Virus record (IMG/VR): IMGVR_UViG_3300028364_000026 | Span: 1 to 64,000 of that record | From: a virus | Length of the DNA stretch: 64,000 nt | Strand: one strand, 5' to 3' | In this document: positions 48,410 to 59,000 of the stretch, one piece after another | Numbering within the stretch: position 1 is the first letter of the stretch | How the letters are laid out: each line of letters starts with the position of its first letter | Position numbers and translations under genes: made by a program | Notes under the pieces: generated by a model | What the model was told of the DNA's origin: nothing | Seen by the model: the letters and a program-made list of their open reading frames with translations, nothing else | The model's database searches: none

Positions 48410-49687
48410 TTAATATTTGTTTTTATTCTCAACTCTTCTCATCAATTCTATGATTCTTGTCGTTGAAGGGTCAACATATGCTGTGCTTTCATTCAATTGT
48501 TTTGAAGAGCCAGTAGATGCATCCTTACTGAATTTATTTCCTATTGATTCAGAAATTGGTTTTCTTCTTTCCAATTCATTACCGATAGTTTTAAAAAGTT
48601 GTTTTGATTCTTTAATGCTTTTAACATCATCAAAACGTTTCATTATATTTTCTTTCTCACCTTTAGTAGTAGAGTGTTCTACGAATAAATTACTTACACT
48701 TGCTAAATTAGAATTGAAAATTACTGTTTCAACTAACTTGTTTCTAAAATCTTTAAGGACAACTCTAAATTGTTCGTTCTCACTTTTTAATTTTTTTGCT
48801 TCCGTTAGTAATGCATTGTATTTTTTTATTGTTTTTGAAACTAAAGCTTTTGATGCTTCATTGATTGATTTTGGATTCTCAGGTGCTCCAATTGAGCCAG
48901 GACCAGTCTTATTACGATTATTACCTACACTCATTCCAGTTCCGATACTAATCTTTTCATTAATTGGTTCTTCCTCCTCTTCTTCCTCTTCTTCCTCTTC
49001 TTCTTCGTCAGCTGGCATAAAATCATCTGATTCATCTGATTCTACATCATCTTCCATTTCAATTTCATACTCAACTTCTTCATCATCTTCACCATCTTCT
49101 AACTCCAATGAATCTTCGTCATCCATCTCCATTGAATCTGTATCCATTTCCATTGAATCTACATCCATTGAATCTGTATCCATTCCCATATCTGGTTTTG
49201 GTGAGTTCATACCGTCCATTTTAACTACATACTGACCTGGTTCGTTAATATTTAAATGAATTTCATCACCTACAATTTCGATTTCATCATCACCATTTAA
49301 TTTTTTATAAATTGCGATTATTTCATCATCTTCTGCTCCAGTCATATCCATTTCCTCTCCACCTAACACATCTGTGTCCATTCCTAAGTCAGCATCCATT
49401 TCTGGACCTTCTAACGAGGTATCAATATCACCAAATTCATCATCAACTAAGTCTTCTGAATCTAATTCTAATTCTGTAGAATCTTCACTATCCATTTCTG
49501 GTTGTTCCATTTCTTCATCATCATCTTCTTCCTCATAAACTTCATCCATCATAGATTCCTTAACAAGACCATTAATTTCTTCTCTAGCTACGCTACGAAG
49601 TATTTCTTTAGCATTTGAAGTAAGTGTTTTTTGGATGTTATTAAAATCCAAAACTGCTTCTTCGATTATAGTTTTTTTATCTGTCAT
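48410..49687 (-). CDS. prohead scaffold/core protein, gp22-like
   Basis: very acidic, coiled-coil C-terminus, many I/L-x-E sites; lies between protease and capsid genes. Confidence 0.75.
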   Translation of the reverse strand: MTDKKTIIEEAVLDFNNIQKTLTSNAKEILRSVAREEINGLVKESMMDEVYEEEDDDEEMEQPEMDSEDSTELELDSEDLVDDEFGDIDTSLEGPEMDADLGMDTDVLGGEEMDMTGAEDDEIIAIYKKLNGDDEIEIVGDEIHLNINEPGQYVVKMDGMNSPKPDMGMDTDSMDVDSMEMDTDSMEMDDEDSLELEDGEDDEEVEYEIEMEDDVESDESDDFMPADEEEEEEEEEEEEEPINEKISIGTGMSVGNNRNKTGPGSIGAPENPKSINEASKALVSKTIKKYNALLTEAKKLKSENEQFRVVLKDFRNKLVETVIFNSNLASVSNLFVEHSTTKGEKENIMKRFDDVKSIKESKQLFKTIGNELERRKPISESIGNKFSKDASTGSSKQLNESTAYVDPSTTRIIELMRRVENKNKY

Positions 49688-49803
49688 TTTTGTTTATTAT
49701 CTTTATTTTAGTTTTATAGATAAGAATGAGTCAACCTCATTTGTTAATAAATATATGTTTTTTTATTAAAAGACTTATTTTAGGTAAAAAAACTAAAAAA
49801 AAG

Positions 49804-50529
49804 TTATCCTAATAGAAATTTATCTAAACTATCGTTTAAATTTTCATTTACTATAGATTTTTTTGATGAAACCCCCTCAACGTATTGAAAAATTTCTTCT
49901 TTTTTAACTCCAACCCAAGAACCTGGGGTTGATGGAGTAGTAACTACATCCCAACAAATAATTTCATAATCGTCTTGAACTATCTGGTCACCATTTCTCC
50001 CTTCAACTAAAGAACCTAAACCTCTAGATGAAACTCCAATTTTAATTCTATTTCTTAATAGGTTAGCAACTTCATCACCTTTTGTTGAGACAATACCATA
50101 TTTAATAAATCCAGGAGTCATAAGGATTTCCATTTTACCAATCAGTGTATTACCTTCCCAAGACGTTTCTACTATGATATGAGAAATTCTATCACCAGCG
50201 ATAATGTTTGACTCTGGATGGTCTAATTCACCCACAGCTCTACGTTCTCTAATCGCTTCTTGATATAATCTATCTTGGTTCTTAAGTACTTTTTCTGGAT
50301 AAATTCTACCATTACGGTTTAGAATATCAAACTTTTGTAATACCACATACACTAAAAGTGGTTCAATAACTTCTAACTTAACACCACTTTCTATTTTCTT
50401 TATTTCGTTAATGAATACTTGATTTCTTGGGTCTTCTGGAGATATGTAACCAGCATCGTGTTCGATAAGAATCCCCCAACCACTTTGACCTCGCTTTAAT
50501 ATTGTAGCATCTTTATTTGTACCGTTCAT
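49804..50529 (-). CDS. gp21: prohead protease, T4 gp21-like
   Basis: NRNGRIYP, GELDHP, ISH, GVSSRGLGS, DVV..PSTP. Confidence 0.93.
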   Translation of the reverse strand: MNGTNKDATILKRGQSGWGILIEHDAGYISPEDPRNQVFINEIKKIESGVKLEVIEPLLVYVVLQKFDILNRNGRIYPEKVLKNQDRLYQEAIRERRAVGELDHPESNIIAGDRISHIIVETSWEGNTLIGKMEILMTPGFIKYGIVSTKGDEVANLLRNRIKIGVSSRGLGSLVEGRNGDQIVQDDYEIICWDVVTTPSTPGSWVGVKKEEIFQYVEGVSSKKSIVNENLNDSLDKFLLG

Positions 50530-50566
50530 ATTTTTACTTATATATGTATAAATATGTTATTAAAAC

Positions 50567-50598
50567 AAAAAAACCCCTTAGTTAAGACTAAGGGGTTT
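50567..50598 (-). terminator. intrinsic terminator
   Basis: AAACCCCTTAGT-TAAG-ACTAAGGGGTTT with an A tract on the left. Confidence 0.8.
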
Positions 50599-50601
50599 AA
50601 A

Positions 50602-51045
50602 TTATTTTTTTCTCTTATTAAATTTAAAGTATATATTTTCGTTAAATACTTTATCTGTTATGTTAGGAATCAATTCATCTAATGTAGTTCGCATTTCAAT
50701 TGAATTTGCTGGTATTTCTTTTTCTAAGAATAAAGTTATTTCACAACTCATAAAACTACGCTTACCTATTTTAACTCCAGATTTTCGGATATCAAAGTCG
50801 ATGATTGTTTGTTCTTTTTTAAACCTAGTTTTTGGTGTTAAATCTAAAAAATTATAGATGGTTTGTTTTGTTTTTTTTCTAATATTTTTTATCACCCTAT
50901 CATAATCTACATCTCCTACTACTGTTGGTTCCCCCCATGATGAAATATTAATATAAATCGCTTTCGGATTTTTATTATTTATACTACCAAATACTACATT
51001 ATAGTTATTTATGTTTTCAATTTTTAATTCTTTACCAGTCTTCAT
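50602..51045 (-). CDS. hypothetical protein
   Basis: ORF with ATATTTAT at 51060-51067. Confidence 0.65.
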   Translation of the reverse strand: MKTGKELKIENINNYNVVFGSINNKNPKAIYINISSWGEPTVVGDVDYDRVIKNIRKKTKQTIYNFLDLTPKTRFKKEQTIIDFDIRKSGVKIGKRSFMSCEITLFLEKEIPANSIEMRTTLDELIPNITDKVFNENIYFKFNKRKK

Positions 51046-51121
51046 ATCTTAATTTTATCATAAATATAATTAAAATAATCTAAGGAAACAACTATTCTTT
51101 AACTATTTTTTAACTTTTTTT

Positions 51122-51460
51122 TTACTTATTTAAAGTATTCCATAGCGTAAAAGCGATACCTAACATTATTTGCACAAAAGTTATTATTCCAATAGCGGTA
51201 TTTAATATATTTTTTTGTCTATATACCTCTTTTTTAGCCTCTAACATTTGAGATGGTGACCATACTTCATGTACTTTATCAATCCAAGCAGAATTAATAC
51301 TTAAATTTTTTTCAATATTTTTAACATCGTTTAACTTTAAATTCATTTCATCTAATTTATCGTAAAAATCAGTTCTCATTCTTTCATGACTTTCATTTAG
51401 TCTTTCTAATTCTCTTAAAACTAGCTTACTGTATTCTCCCCATGTATCTTTGCTCTCCAT
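51122..51460 (-). CDS. coiled-coil protein with C-terminal transmembrane helix
   Basis: hydrophobic TAIGIITFVQIMLGIAFTLW. Confidence 0.65.
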   Translation of the reverse strand: MESKDTWGEYSKLVLRELERLNESHERMRTDFYDKLDEMNLKLNDVKNIEKNLSINSAWIDKVHEVWSPSQMLEAKKEVYRQKNILNTAIGIITFVQIMLGIAFTLWNTLNK

Positions 51461-51687
51461 TATTGTTGAATAGTGTTTAATATTTTAGTGAAAGTTGAAA
51501 TTGTGTCCTCATACGTTTTCACTTTATTTTTAATGGTTTCTTTTTTAGAAAGTTCTTTATTACTCTCTATTAAAAACCCTTTTAAATGTAAAACTATTGT
51601 TTTATACTGACTGTTTATTTCATCTATGCAAAGCTCATCACTTAGCTTTCTCAACTGTAGTATATTTTCGTTTGGAACTTTTTTCAT
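51460..51687 (-). CDS. hypothetical protein
   Basis: 75-aa ORF coupled to its neighbour. Confidence 0.55.
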   Translation of the reverse strand: MKKVPNENILQLRKLSDELCIDEINSQYKTIVLHLKGFLIESNKELSKKETIKNKVKTYEDTISTFTKILNTIQQ

Positions 51688-51701
51688 AATAATATTTAAT
51701 T

Positions 51702-52466
51702 TTATGTTAAACTTTGTTTTAATGCCATTAGTTTTGAAATGTTATTAAAAAAATCTTCATTAATTTCTTTTTTATCATTCAAAAGTCTATCTTTTACATT
51801 CAAAAGTTTATCTTTTGTGTCTGCTGAACTACCAATTAAACGCTCATTAACCATATCAATACATTCTCTAAGTGTGTTTAAATACACCTCTTCTTTTTTA
51901 GATGAATCAGAATCAATTAATACTTTTAAAAGATTCTTTTCACTCTCATTAATACCAGAATACCTTTCGTTATATTTATCGACTAATATGGTTGTCATCA
52001 TACTATTTGGTAACCCAGTGTCTTCATAAATTTCTCTAGGTTTATTATTTGTAATAAATTTTATTATATTGGCTGTAGCCTCTACAATTATATCTATATT
52101 TTTAACATTCTTCTTAGTGAAAATTAAAACCTCAATGTCTTCATGAAGCTTAATGTTATCATACACTTTATTATAACTTTCAGTTATTGGTTTAGCTAAA
52201 CCTAAATTTAGTTTTTTAATCTCTTCCCTATTAAATTTATTTAAAAGACCTATATTTTCTTGTAGAAATAAATTCGCTTTGAATTCATTTGATTCTACTT
52301 TATTTTCAATGTTATCATAAATAAGAAATTGAGTCTTTAAAATTTCATTTTCTTTTATTGATTTAACATACTTCTTAAACATTATCCTAGAATTTTTGTC
52401 TTTGGTTGGTAAACCTTCAACTAAAATACTATTATATGAATTAGTAATTTTTCCAAAATTTTGCAT
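51702..52466 (-). CDS. hypothetical head-module protein
   Basis: 254-aa helical ORF after portal; ATATTTAT at 52481-52488. Confidence 0.65.
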   Translation of the reverse strand: MQNFGKITNSYNSILVEGLPTKDKNSRIMFKKYVKSIKENEILKTQFLIYDNIENKVESNEFKANLFLQENIGLLNKFNREEIKKLNLGLAKPITESYNKVYDNIKLHEDIEVLIFTKKNVKNIDIIVEATANIIKFITNNKPREIYEDTGLPNSMMTTILVDKYNERYSGINESEKNLLKVLIDSDSSKKEEVYLNTLRECIDMVNERLIGSSADTKDKLLNVKDRLLNDKKEINEDFFNNISKLMALKQSLT

Positions 52467-52509
52467 ACCTATATTTATTAATAAATATTATAATAATTTG
52501 TAAAATGTA

Positions 52510-55500
52510 TTATTCTAATAATTTATTTATATCATCAATCATAGTATTAACTGATTTGTTTATTTTTACTGATTTATCGTAAATCTTAACCCTTTCATTT
52601 TTTAAAGTGTTATCCTCAGTTTTAATAGATTCTACCAATACATCAACCCATTTATTTTGATATTTTTTAGTTTTTTGAACCATTTTATTATTTAATTCAA
52701 CTCTTTTATTAGTTAATAATTTATCTACTCTAACTAAATTTTCTGTCAAATTAGCTGGTTCCGCTTCTTCAACAGAACCTAAATCTTCTCCACCTAAATC
52801 TTCTCCACCTAAATCTTCACCACCAGTTTCTAAACTGTCGTCTCCACCTTCAGTTTCTCCATCACCAAAGTCTAAATCTTCACCACCAGAACCTCCACCT
52901 CCAAATGAAGCACCTCCTCCACCCCCAAATGAAGCACCTCCTCCAGAAGCATCTCCACCCTCTTCACCTTCAGATGGGTTACCACCTTCTAGTGCGGCTT
53001 TAAAATCACCATATATTCTATCTACAGTATCAAACATACCAGTATGTTTAATAACACTTGAGGTGTTAGCTAATTCAGCTGAAGCAGCTTTTTCCATTCT
53101 TTGTTCAAGTAAATCAGATTTTATTTCATCATTAGACCAACCCAGTATTTCTCTATGAGCACGTGTCCAAGACATAACAGCAAAACCATTTCCAATATCA
53201 GCAACAGCATCTTTAACCAACGTAACTTTTTGTTGTAGGTGCTCAACCTTAAGCATTTCAGCTTGGGTTGATGGGTTATTTAACGTTAATGTAAAATTAT
53301 CTAAGTCCTCATCAAAACCTAATAAATATAGATGTATAATCGCTATTTTATTTAATTCTTGCAACATAGATTGTTGAATACGGTTAATCGTTCTAGAAAA
53401 TCGGATATCTTGTATCGCTAAATTCTTTCCATCACCAGCAGCTTCTTCAAAACCTAAAAATGGTTTTGGTACTCTTAGGGCTGTAAATAAATTTCTTTGA
53501 AGGTACTCTATATCAGAAATCTGGTCTAAATTACTGTTTTTCAAGTAGTTACCAGCTTCTGTTGCAAATGTATGATAATTATGGTATAATTCATCACCAT
53601 CAACAGTTATTGTTCCAGTATCTATTTTAATGGATGACCATTCAATAATACTTACTTTACGTATATTATCTTCTGTGTCATTAACACTATCATTGTTAAA
53701 TGTCATCAATGAATCACCAACGACTAAATCTTTAGCTTCAACAAAACCTTTAGTTTTATGCACCCATTTATGGTCGGGTGTTGTTGTAATTGACTGACCA
53801 TTATCTAAGGTTACTTTCATAACTTCAGTATTCATTCTAGTTTCACCAGCCCAAGTAATAATACCTGAAGCTAAAGCACCTGTATTAGGGTCACAAGAGT
53901 GTACCCACATATCTTTATTACCATTGTTCCATTCTGAAATAATTTCATTAAGTTCTAGTGTTCTACCATCTAATAATGGAATCCGAGTATCTAAAGCGAT
54001 ACAAGCACCAGGCAAAGTATCAATCGGGTTAGGAGCATCTTCTGTTCTTACTGGTATAAAATAATCTTGGTCGTTACTTAATTGATGATGTTTTAAATCT
54101 ATTTGACCAGTCTGTGGGTCAACAATAGGCATACGTTTAAATCTATCCGCTATTGAGTTTACGTAACTTTCTACATCGGCTTCATCAATGTTACCAACAT
54201 AAATTTTATAAACACGTCTTTCTGGTGCTCTAGTAACTCTATAAACCAACATTGCATCTTCAGAAAGAATTAATTGTTTCCAAATACGTCTTGCTTTCTC
54301 TAAAATAGAATTGTGGACAACGATACCATTTGCATAGAAATTATGGTTATCATTTTCAACATATATATCGTATGTTTCGTGTTCACCACTTTCCTCAATT
54401 GATTTAATCGGTTCTAAAATAAAATCATTAGTTAACCTATTATCAACAACTAATAAATCACCTAATTTAAAATCTAGCGTATTTTTATAATCGAATTTAT
54501 TTAATTCGGTATCATAATACATTATTTTATGTTCTTTAGATGCGTCTATAAAATTATGTTCGGTGCTGAGTTTATAAGTTTTTTTATTACCAGAATTAAC
54601 AGTATCCAATACTTTTGACAATACTTTCACTTGATTAATTACATCAAATGAATAAACCATATCACCAATAACAATATCTTTTATCTCCTTATACCCCTCA
54701 CTTGTCTCAACGCTAGAATCATATTTTAAACACGTACCGTAAGGCAAACGTCTATCATCCCCTAATAAACGGAAATGAGCTATTTGCCATGAATTAAATT
54801 CTATATCACTTCCTCTCCAATAAAATTTGACTTTATCTACAGTTGAGTTTTCTGTATTAGCTGAGCCAGTGACCATTTCAAATAAACCAACTTCTCTACG
54901 TTCCATCTCATAATTAGGTAATTGCTTACCACCAACAACCCCTTGTTTTTCATCAATATTTAAAAAAACAAAATTATCACCATACTTACAATTTGATAAA
55001 AACACACCAGAATTTATTGAGTATGAACCATTTAAATCTTTACCACAAATTGGGAAATTATGTCTATCGTGTTCTCCATTAGGCCCAACAGCTTCTAGAC
55101 AATACACATTTGAAGTTTCAGCTAACTTAATTACCGAAACGACTTTATGGTTAATTACTTTTTTTATTAAATTTATATCTTCGGCATTAAACGACATAAG
55201 TGATTCACCCACAACTAAACTATCAGCTCTTTTAAATGAACCATCCATAACCATATATTCATGGTCTGGTGTCGTATCAATATATGTTTCATCTTCTAGC
55301 GTTACACGATATAATTCACTATCTTCTCTGGTTAAATCACACCATATGATTTTACTAGGTACGATAACTTGGGTCTCATCCTGAATAGCGAAAGACCAAA
55401 TTTCCTCACCTAATTTAACCCTAACAGATAAGTCTTTTATAGTTGTTTCTGTCCCATCCAATAAAGGGATTATAGAATCTTCTCTAATTGGAGTATTTCT

Positions 55501-55959
55501 AACCCACATAGGTAATGACGTATGTAAATCTAACCTATTAAAAAACAAATCTTCAAGTATACCCTTTACTCTATTACTATCAGAATAAATATTTAACACC
55601 CTACCATTATCGTTAACTGTAGTAGATTCTTCCATCATTACATCTAATGCGGCTGCGATTGTTGGGTAAAACTCCATTGCTTCAAAATCCGAATATGAGC
55701 CAATACGAGTTGTTTCATAATTCATAGATTGCTGAAATAAGCCACTCTCAACTTTTTTCCACATCCCACCCAAATATTTATTTTGTTGAGCTTGTAGTTT
55801 TGCTCTCTCAAAGTCAGCTTTATTATCTGTTTTTAATATTTCGGTATTACCACCTAAATTATATCTTTGAGTTGGTTGTTTTTGGGTTAATCTATTTGAT
55901 TCTGGACCAACAATTTGACCTAATCTTTGAAAAATTGTTAATTTATTGGTATTTGCCAT
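52510..55959 (-). CDS. gp20: portal protein, T4 gp20-like, with three mini-inteins (about 685 aa spliced)
   Basis: EDAMLVYRVTRAPERRVYKI.VGN, QDYFIP.R, IDTLPG, DIEY...LFTALRVP, DIRFSRTI.RIQ. Confidence 0.93.
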   Translation of the reverse strand: MANTNKLTIFQRLGQIVGPESNRLTQKQPTQRYNLGGNTEILKTDNKADFERAKLQAQQNKYLGGMWKKVESGLFQQSMNYETTRIGSYSDFEAMEFYPTIAAALDVMMEESTTVNDNGRVLNIYSDSNRVKGILEDLFFNRLDLHTSLPMWVRNTPIREDSIIPLLDGTETTIKDLSVRVKLGEEIWSFAIQDETQVIVPSKIIWCDLTREDSELYRVTLEDETYIDTTPDHEYMVMDGSFKRADSLVVGESLMSFNAEDINLIKKVINHKVVSVIKLAETSNVYCLEAVGPNGEHDRHNFPICGKDLNGSYSINSGVFLSNCKYGDNFVFLNIDEKQGVVGGKQLPNYEMERREVGLFEMVTGSANTENSTVDKVKFYWRGSDIEFNSWQIAHFRLLGDDRRLPYGTCLKYDSSVETSEGYKEIKDIVIGDMVYSFDVINQVKVLSKVLDTVNSGNKKTYKLSTEHNFIDASKEHKIMYYDTELNKFDYKNTLDFKLGDLLVVDNRLTNDFILEPIKSIEESGEHETYDIYVENDNHNFYANGIVVHNSILEKARRIWKQLILSEDAMLVYRVTRAPERRVYKIYVGNIDEADVESYVNSIADRFKRMPIVDPQTGQIDLKHHQLSNDQDYFIPVRTEDAPNPIDTLPGACIALDTRIPLLDGRTLELNEIISEWNNGNKDMWVHSCDPNTGALASGIITWAGETRMNTEVMKVTLDNGQSITTTPDHKWVHKTKGFVEAKDLVVGDSLMTFNNDSVNDTEDNIRKVSIIEWSSIKIDTGTITVDGDELYHNYHTFATEAGNYLKNSNLDQISDIEYLQRNLFTALRVPKPFLGFEEAAGDGKNLAIQDIRFSRTINRIQQSMLQELNKIAIIHLYLLGFDEDLDNFTLTLNNPSTQAEMLKVEHLQQKVTLVKDAVADIGNGFAVMSWTRAHREILGWSNDEIKSDLLEQRMEKAASAELANTSSVIKHTGMFDTVDRIYGDFKAALEGGNPSEGEEGGDASGGGASFGGGGGASFGGGGSGGEDLDFGDGETEGGDDSLETGGEDLGGEDLGGEDLGSVEEAEPANLTENLVRVDKLLTNKRVELNNKMVQKTKKYQNKWVDVLVESIKTEDNTLKNERVKIYDKSVKINKSVNTMIDDINKLLE
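53536..54003 (-). mobile_element. portal mini-intein 3 (156 aa)
   Basis: starts CIALDTRIPLLDG, TTPDHKW, ends YLKN before Ser+1. Confidence 0.88.
54310..54732 (-). mobile_element. portal mini-intein 2 (141 aa)
   Basis: starts CLKYDS, ASKEHKI, TYDI, ends NGIVVHN before Ser+1. Confidence 0.92.
54991..55491 (-). mobile_element. portal mini-intein 1 (167 aa), atypical Pro start
   Basis: PIREDSIIPLLDG, TTPDHEY, VYCL, ends VFLSN before Cys+1; exteins rejoin as WVRNT-CKYGD. Confidence 0.8.
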
Positions 55960-56008
55960 TGTTTTTTTTATAAGTATAGTTTATTTTTTAAAAATTTAAA
56001 TAGTTATT

Positions 56009-59000
56009 TTATTTTCTACGTCCAAATAACCAACCATATTGACCATTTGGGTCTCTTGGGTTTTTAAAGGTTTCTTTAGGTTTTGAGTATATTTTAGAAT
56101 CAATAGGTCTAGAGTCTACTCTTTCATTTACTATTGGTTTATTCGAACCACCATTCAACCAAGAACTTAACATTGCTTTGTTTTGTTTCTCCAATCTTTC
56201 AAGACTCTTAAATGAATGTTCAGCAACCCATAAAGCCATAGCAATGGCCATGATTAAATCATCGTGAGCACCTTCTTGGTGGTCTGGGCGACCATTTTTG
56301 TAAATAAAGGTATTCAGTTCGGTAATCATTCTAGCCGAACGAATTTTTATAGTATTGGTCCTAATACTATATTCTAAGTTTGATATCATAGGTAAACGCA
56401 CACTTGTTGCATGAAATCCTGGGATTTTATTATCAGAACTACCACTTACAAGTTCTCTTTGTCTAGCTGAAAGTATTTTACCGTTTGAATTGTCGTAATG
56501 TAACAATTTATATTCGAATTCAAGTAACTTTAATACAGTTGAAACACCCATACCACCAGTAACATCGACTACTGTATATGCTTTATACTTTGAACCATAT
56601 TCCTCAACTATTTGTGCCAGTAAATCAGGTTGTATTTTACCTTGATACTCCATAACTTCTTCCATTACAGTAATATCAATAATAACTACAGTAGATTCAT
56701 CGGCACCATCACCTCTACTTACATCACAATTATGTGTTGTTATATGGTGACACATAAAAGTGTTAGTTTCACATTCAAAATTATAAACATCCCCAGTAAA
56801 CTTAGACTTGTTTATGTTGTTAACTTTAAAATAAATATAATCTTTATTGTCATCAAAATGACAAGAGTTAATGGTTTGTTTATTATTTGAGTTAAAATCA
56901 TTAAAATTTAATTCATTTAATTCAGTATCATCAGTTTTATAAATTAGTTTTATTAAATCTAAACTGTCATGACTAGCTAAAGTTAAATCATAGCTTTCTG
57001 TCCCCCCCAATTTACCTAAAGATGAAACAACCCCCAATGAAAATATAATATCTTGTACTGACTCTAATAATTCTAAATTTACACCAACAAAACTCAGTTT
57101 TAGGTATTGTTTAGTTTTACTCAAACATCCATTACTATCAAAGTAACCTCTAATTAATTCTTTTTTGTTTTCATCAGAGATAAACTTAACCCACTCTGAT
57201 ATTTTATTGTCATTTGAATTTTGACCAAAGTTTTCTAATATAAAATAATATAAAAATTTATAATTAAATTCTATTGTTTTGTTATTATGGCTAAATAATG
57301 GTGAACAGTTAAATAATCGGGTTATAATATTTTTATATTTTTCGACATAACCTTTTTGGGTTTTATCAAAATTTAGTGATATTGAATGGGAATCTTTAGT
57401 TAACGAACCATTACCTAACCACATACCAATAAACCACCAAAAATCGTTATCGAGTAATGGTGAATCGATATTACAAGGTACATCATTAGTTACTACCCAT
57501 TTATCTTCATAAGTGGAATTAATTGATTTTTTGTAGGTGTTAGGGACTTTTACCCAATCACCTACTTCAACCTCTTCTACCCTTGTATAATTGAAATCTA
57601 AATCTAAATTACTTTTACTAATTAAAATTGGGTGTTCCTTGGTGAATGTTGTTGTTCTAAACGTACTATCCATTTGTATTTCAAATATATCCTCATCAAT
57701 TACAGGATAAATTTGTCTATTAATTATATTTACGTAATTACCATCTTCACTTACTAACTTATCGTTAATGTCAACATCTTTAATATTTACTAACCCTTTA
57801 TCAGTTAATACTTTTTCGTATGGGGTTAAACACCCCAATATATATTGGTGTCCTTCAATAGGTTCAGCCCATACCCATATTTCCTTATTTGCACCAAAAG
57901 TTGCAATTGGTTCTTTTACGTTATTCTTTTCCTGAAACAAAATAAATTCTTCTGCAATAACGTTACCTCCAGAACCAATGAACGACACATCAAGTTCTTG
58001 TGCAATCATTTTTGCGTCATTATTCATACCCATACACATACCTTCATACCAAGTAGAAGTAGCTTTCCAACCATCATCTAAACGAAGTTTATAAGATTCA
58101 AAAGTGAATTCATACTCGCTTTCTACAATATCGTCTTTTAACCAACGTAAGTCTTTATTATAACGCAAATCTTCATGCCATTTCATTTCAACAATATTGA
58201 AATTATTTTTCTTATATTTTGCTTGGTCGTAAGTTTTATAATATAAAGAATCCATACCATTTGGTGTTTGATGACCTAATATACCATTATAAATAACGGA
58301 ATGACACCAAAAATCATTAGTTTCAGGTAATGAAACATCATATGTTTTATTTTTAAGTTTTTCTAATTTAGTTATTGGAACCCATTTTGAATCTTTAAAA
58401 TTAATTTTATCAATTGAATATCTGGATAAATCAAGATTTAAAACATTAATAAAATAATCTATAAATTCATTAAAAATATTTACTGATAAATTAGCTGTTT
58501 TGTTTTTATTATAAATTCTAATTTTATTAACTAGTAAACCAGTGTTAGGTAATTTTCTAACTAATTTATGTTCGTTTATGATATTTCTAATTATATTTTT
58601 ACCGTTTGGTATTATTCTATTATTATAGGATACTAATTTATTTTGTCCTCTTTTTATTTGTTTCCTATTAAATCTAAAACCAATGGTGTCGTAATATTTA
58701 TCCGCATCAATAGATGTTGATGAAATCTTATAATATTGACTACTAACTTTAACTTTTTTAGTTGGTAGTGTTATTCCTTCTGAATAATCAGTTAATATAC
58801 CAAGATTTAAAAATAAAAACCTTATTTGTTGAATTAATTTTTTAGAGGACAAATTTATACCTATCGTACCTCTAATATTATCAGAATAACCATCACCATC
58901 CATAATACCTTGTAACATAGCAATAATATTTTCACGCCCCATTTCAAGTAAACGTTTAGGTATTAACTTATTTGGGGCTTTTAAGGTTAAATTAAACCCC

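Noticed and set aside
48417-49235. 272-aa Ser-rich plus-strand ORF and similar antisense ORFs (3570, 12146, 36009, 39854, 62682 and others)
   Set aside because: Shadow frames opposite well-supported genes; composition mirrors the sense codons
52780-52950. GGEDL x3 and GGGASFGGGG x2 repeats in the portal tail; MDTDSM repeats in the scaffold
   Set aside because: Ordinary low-complexity slippage in acidic disordered regions
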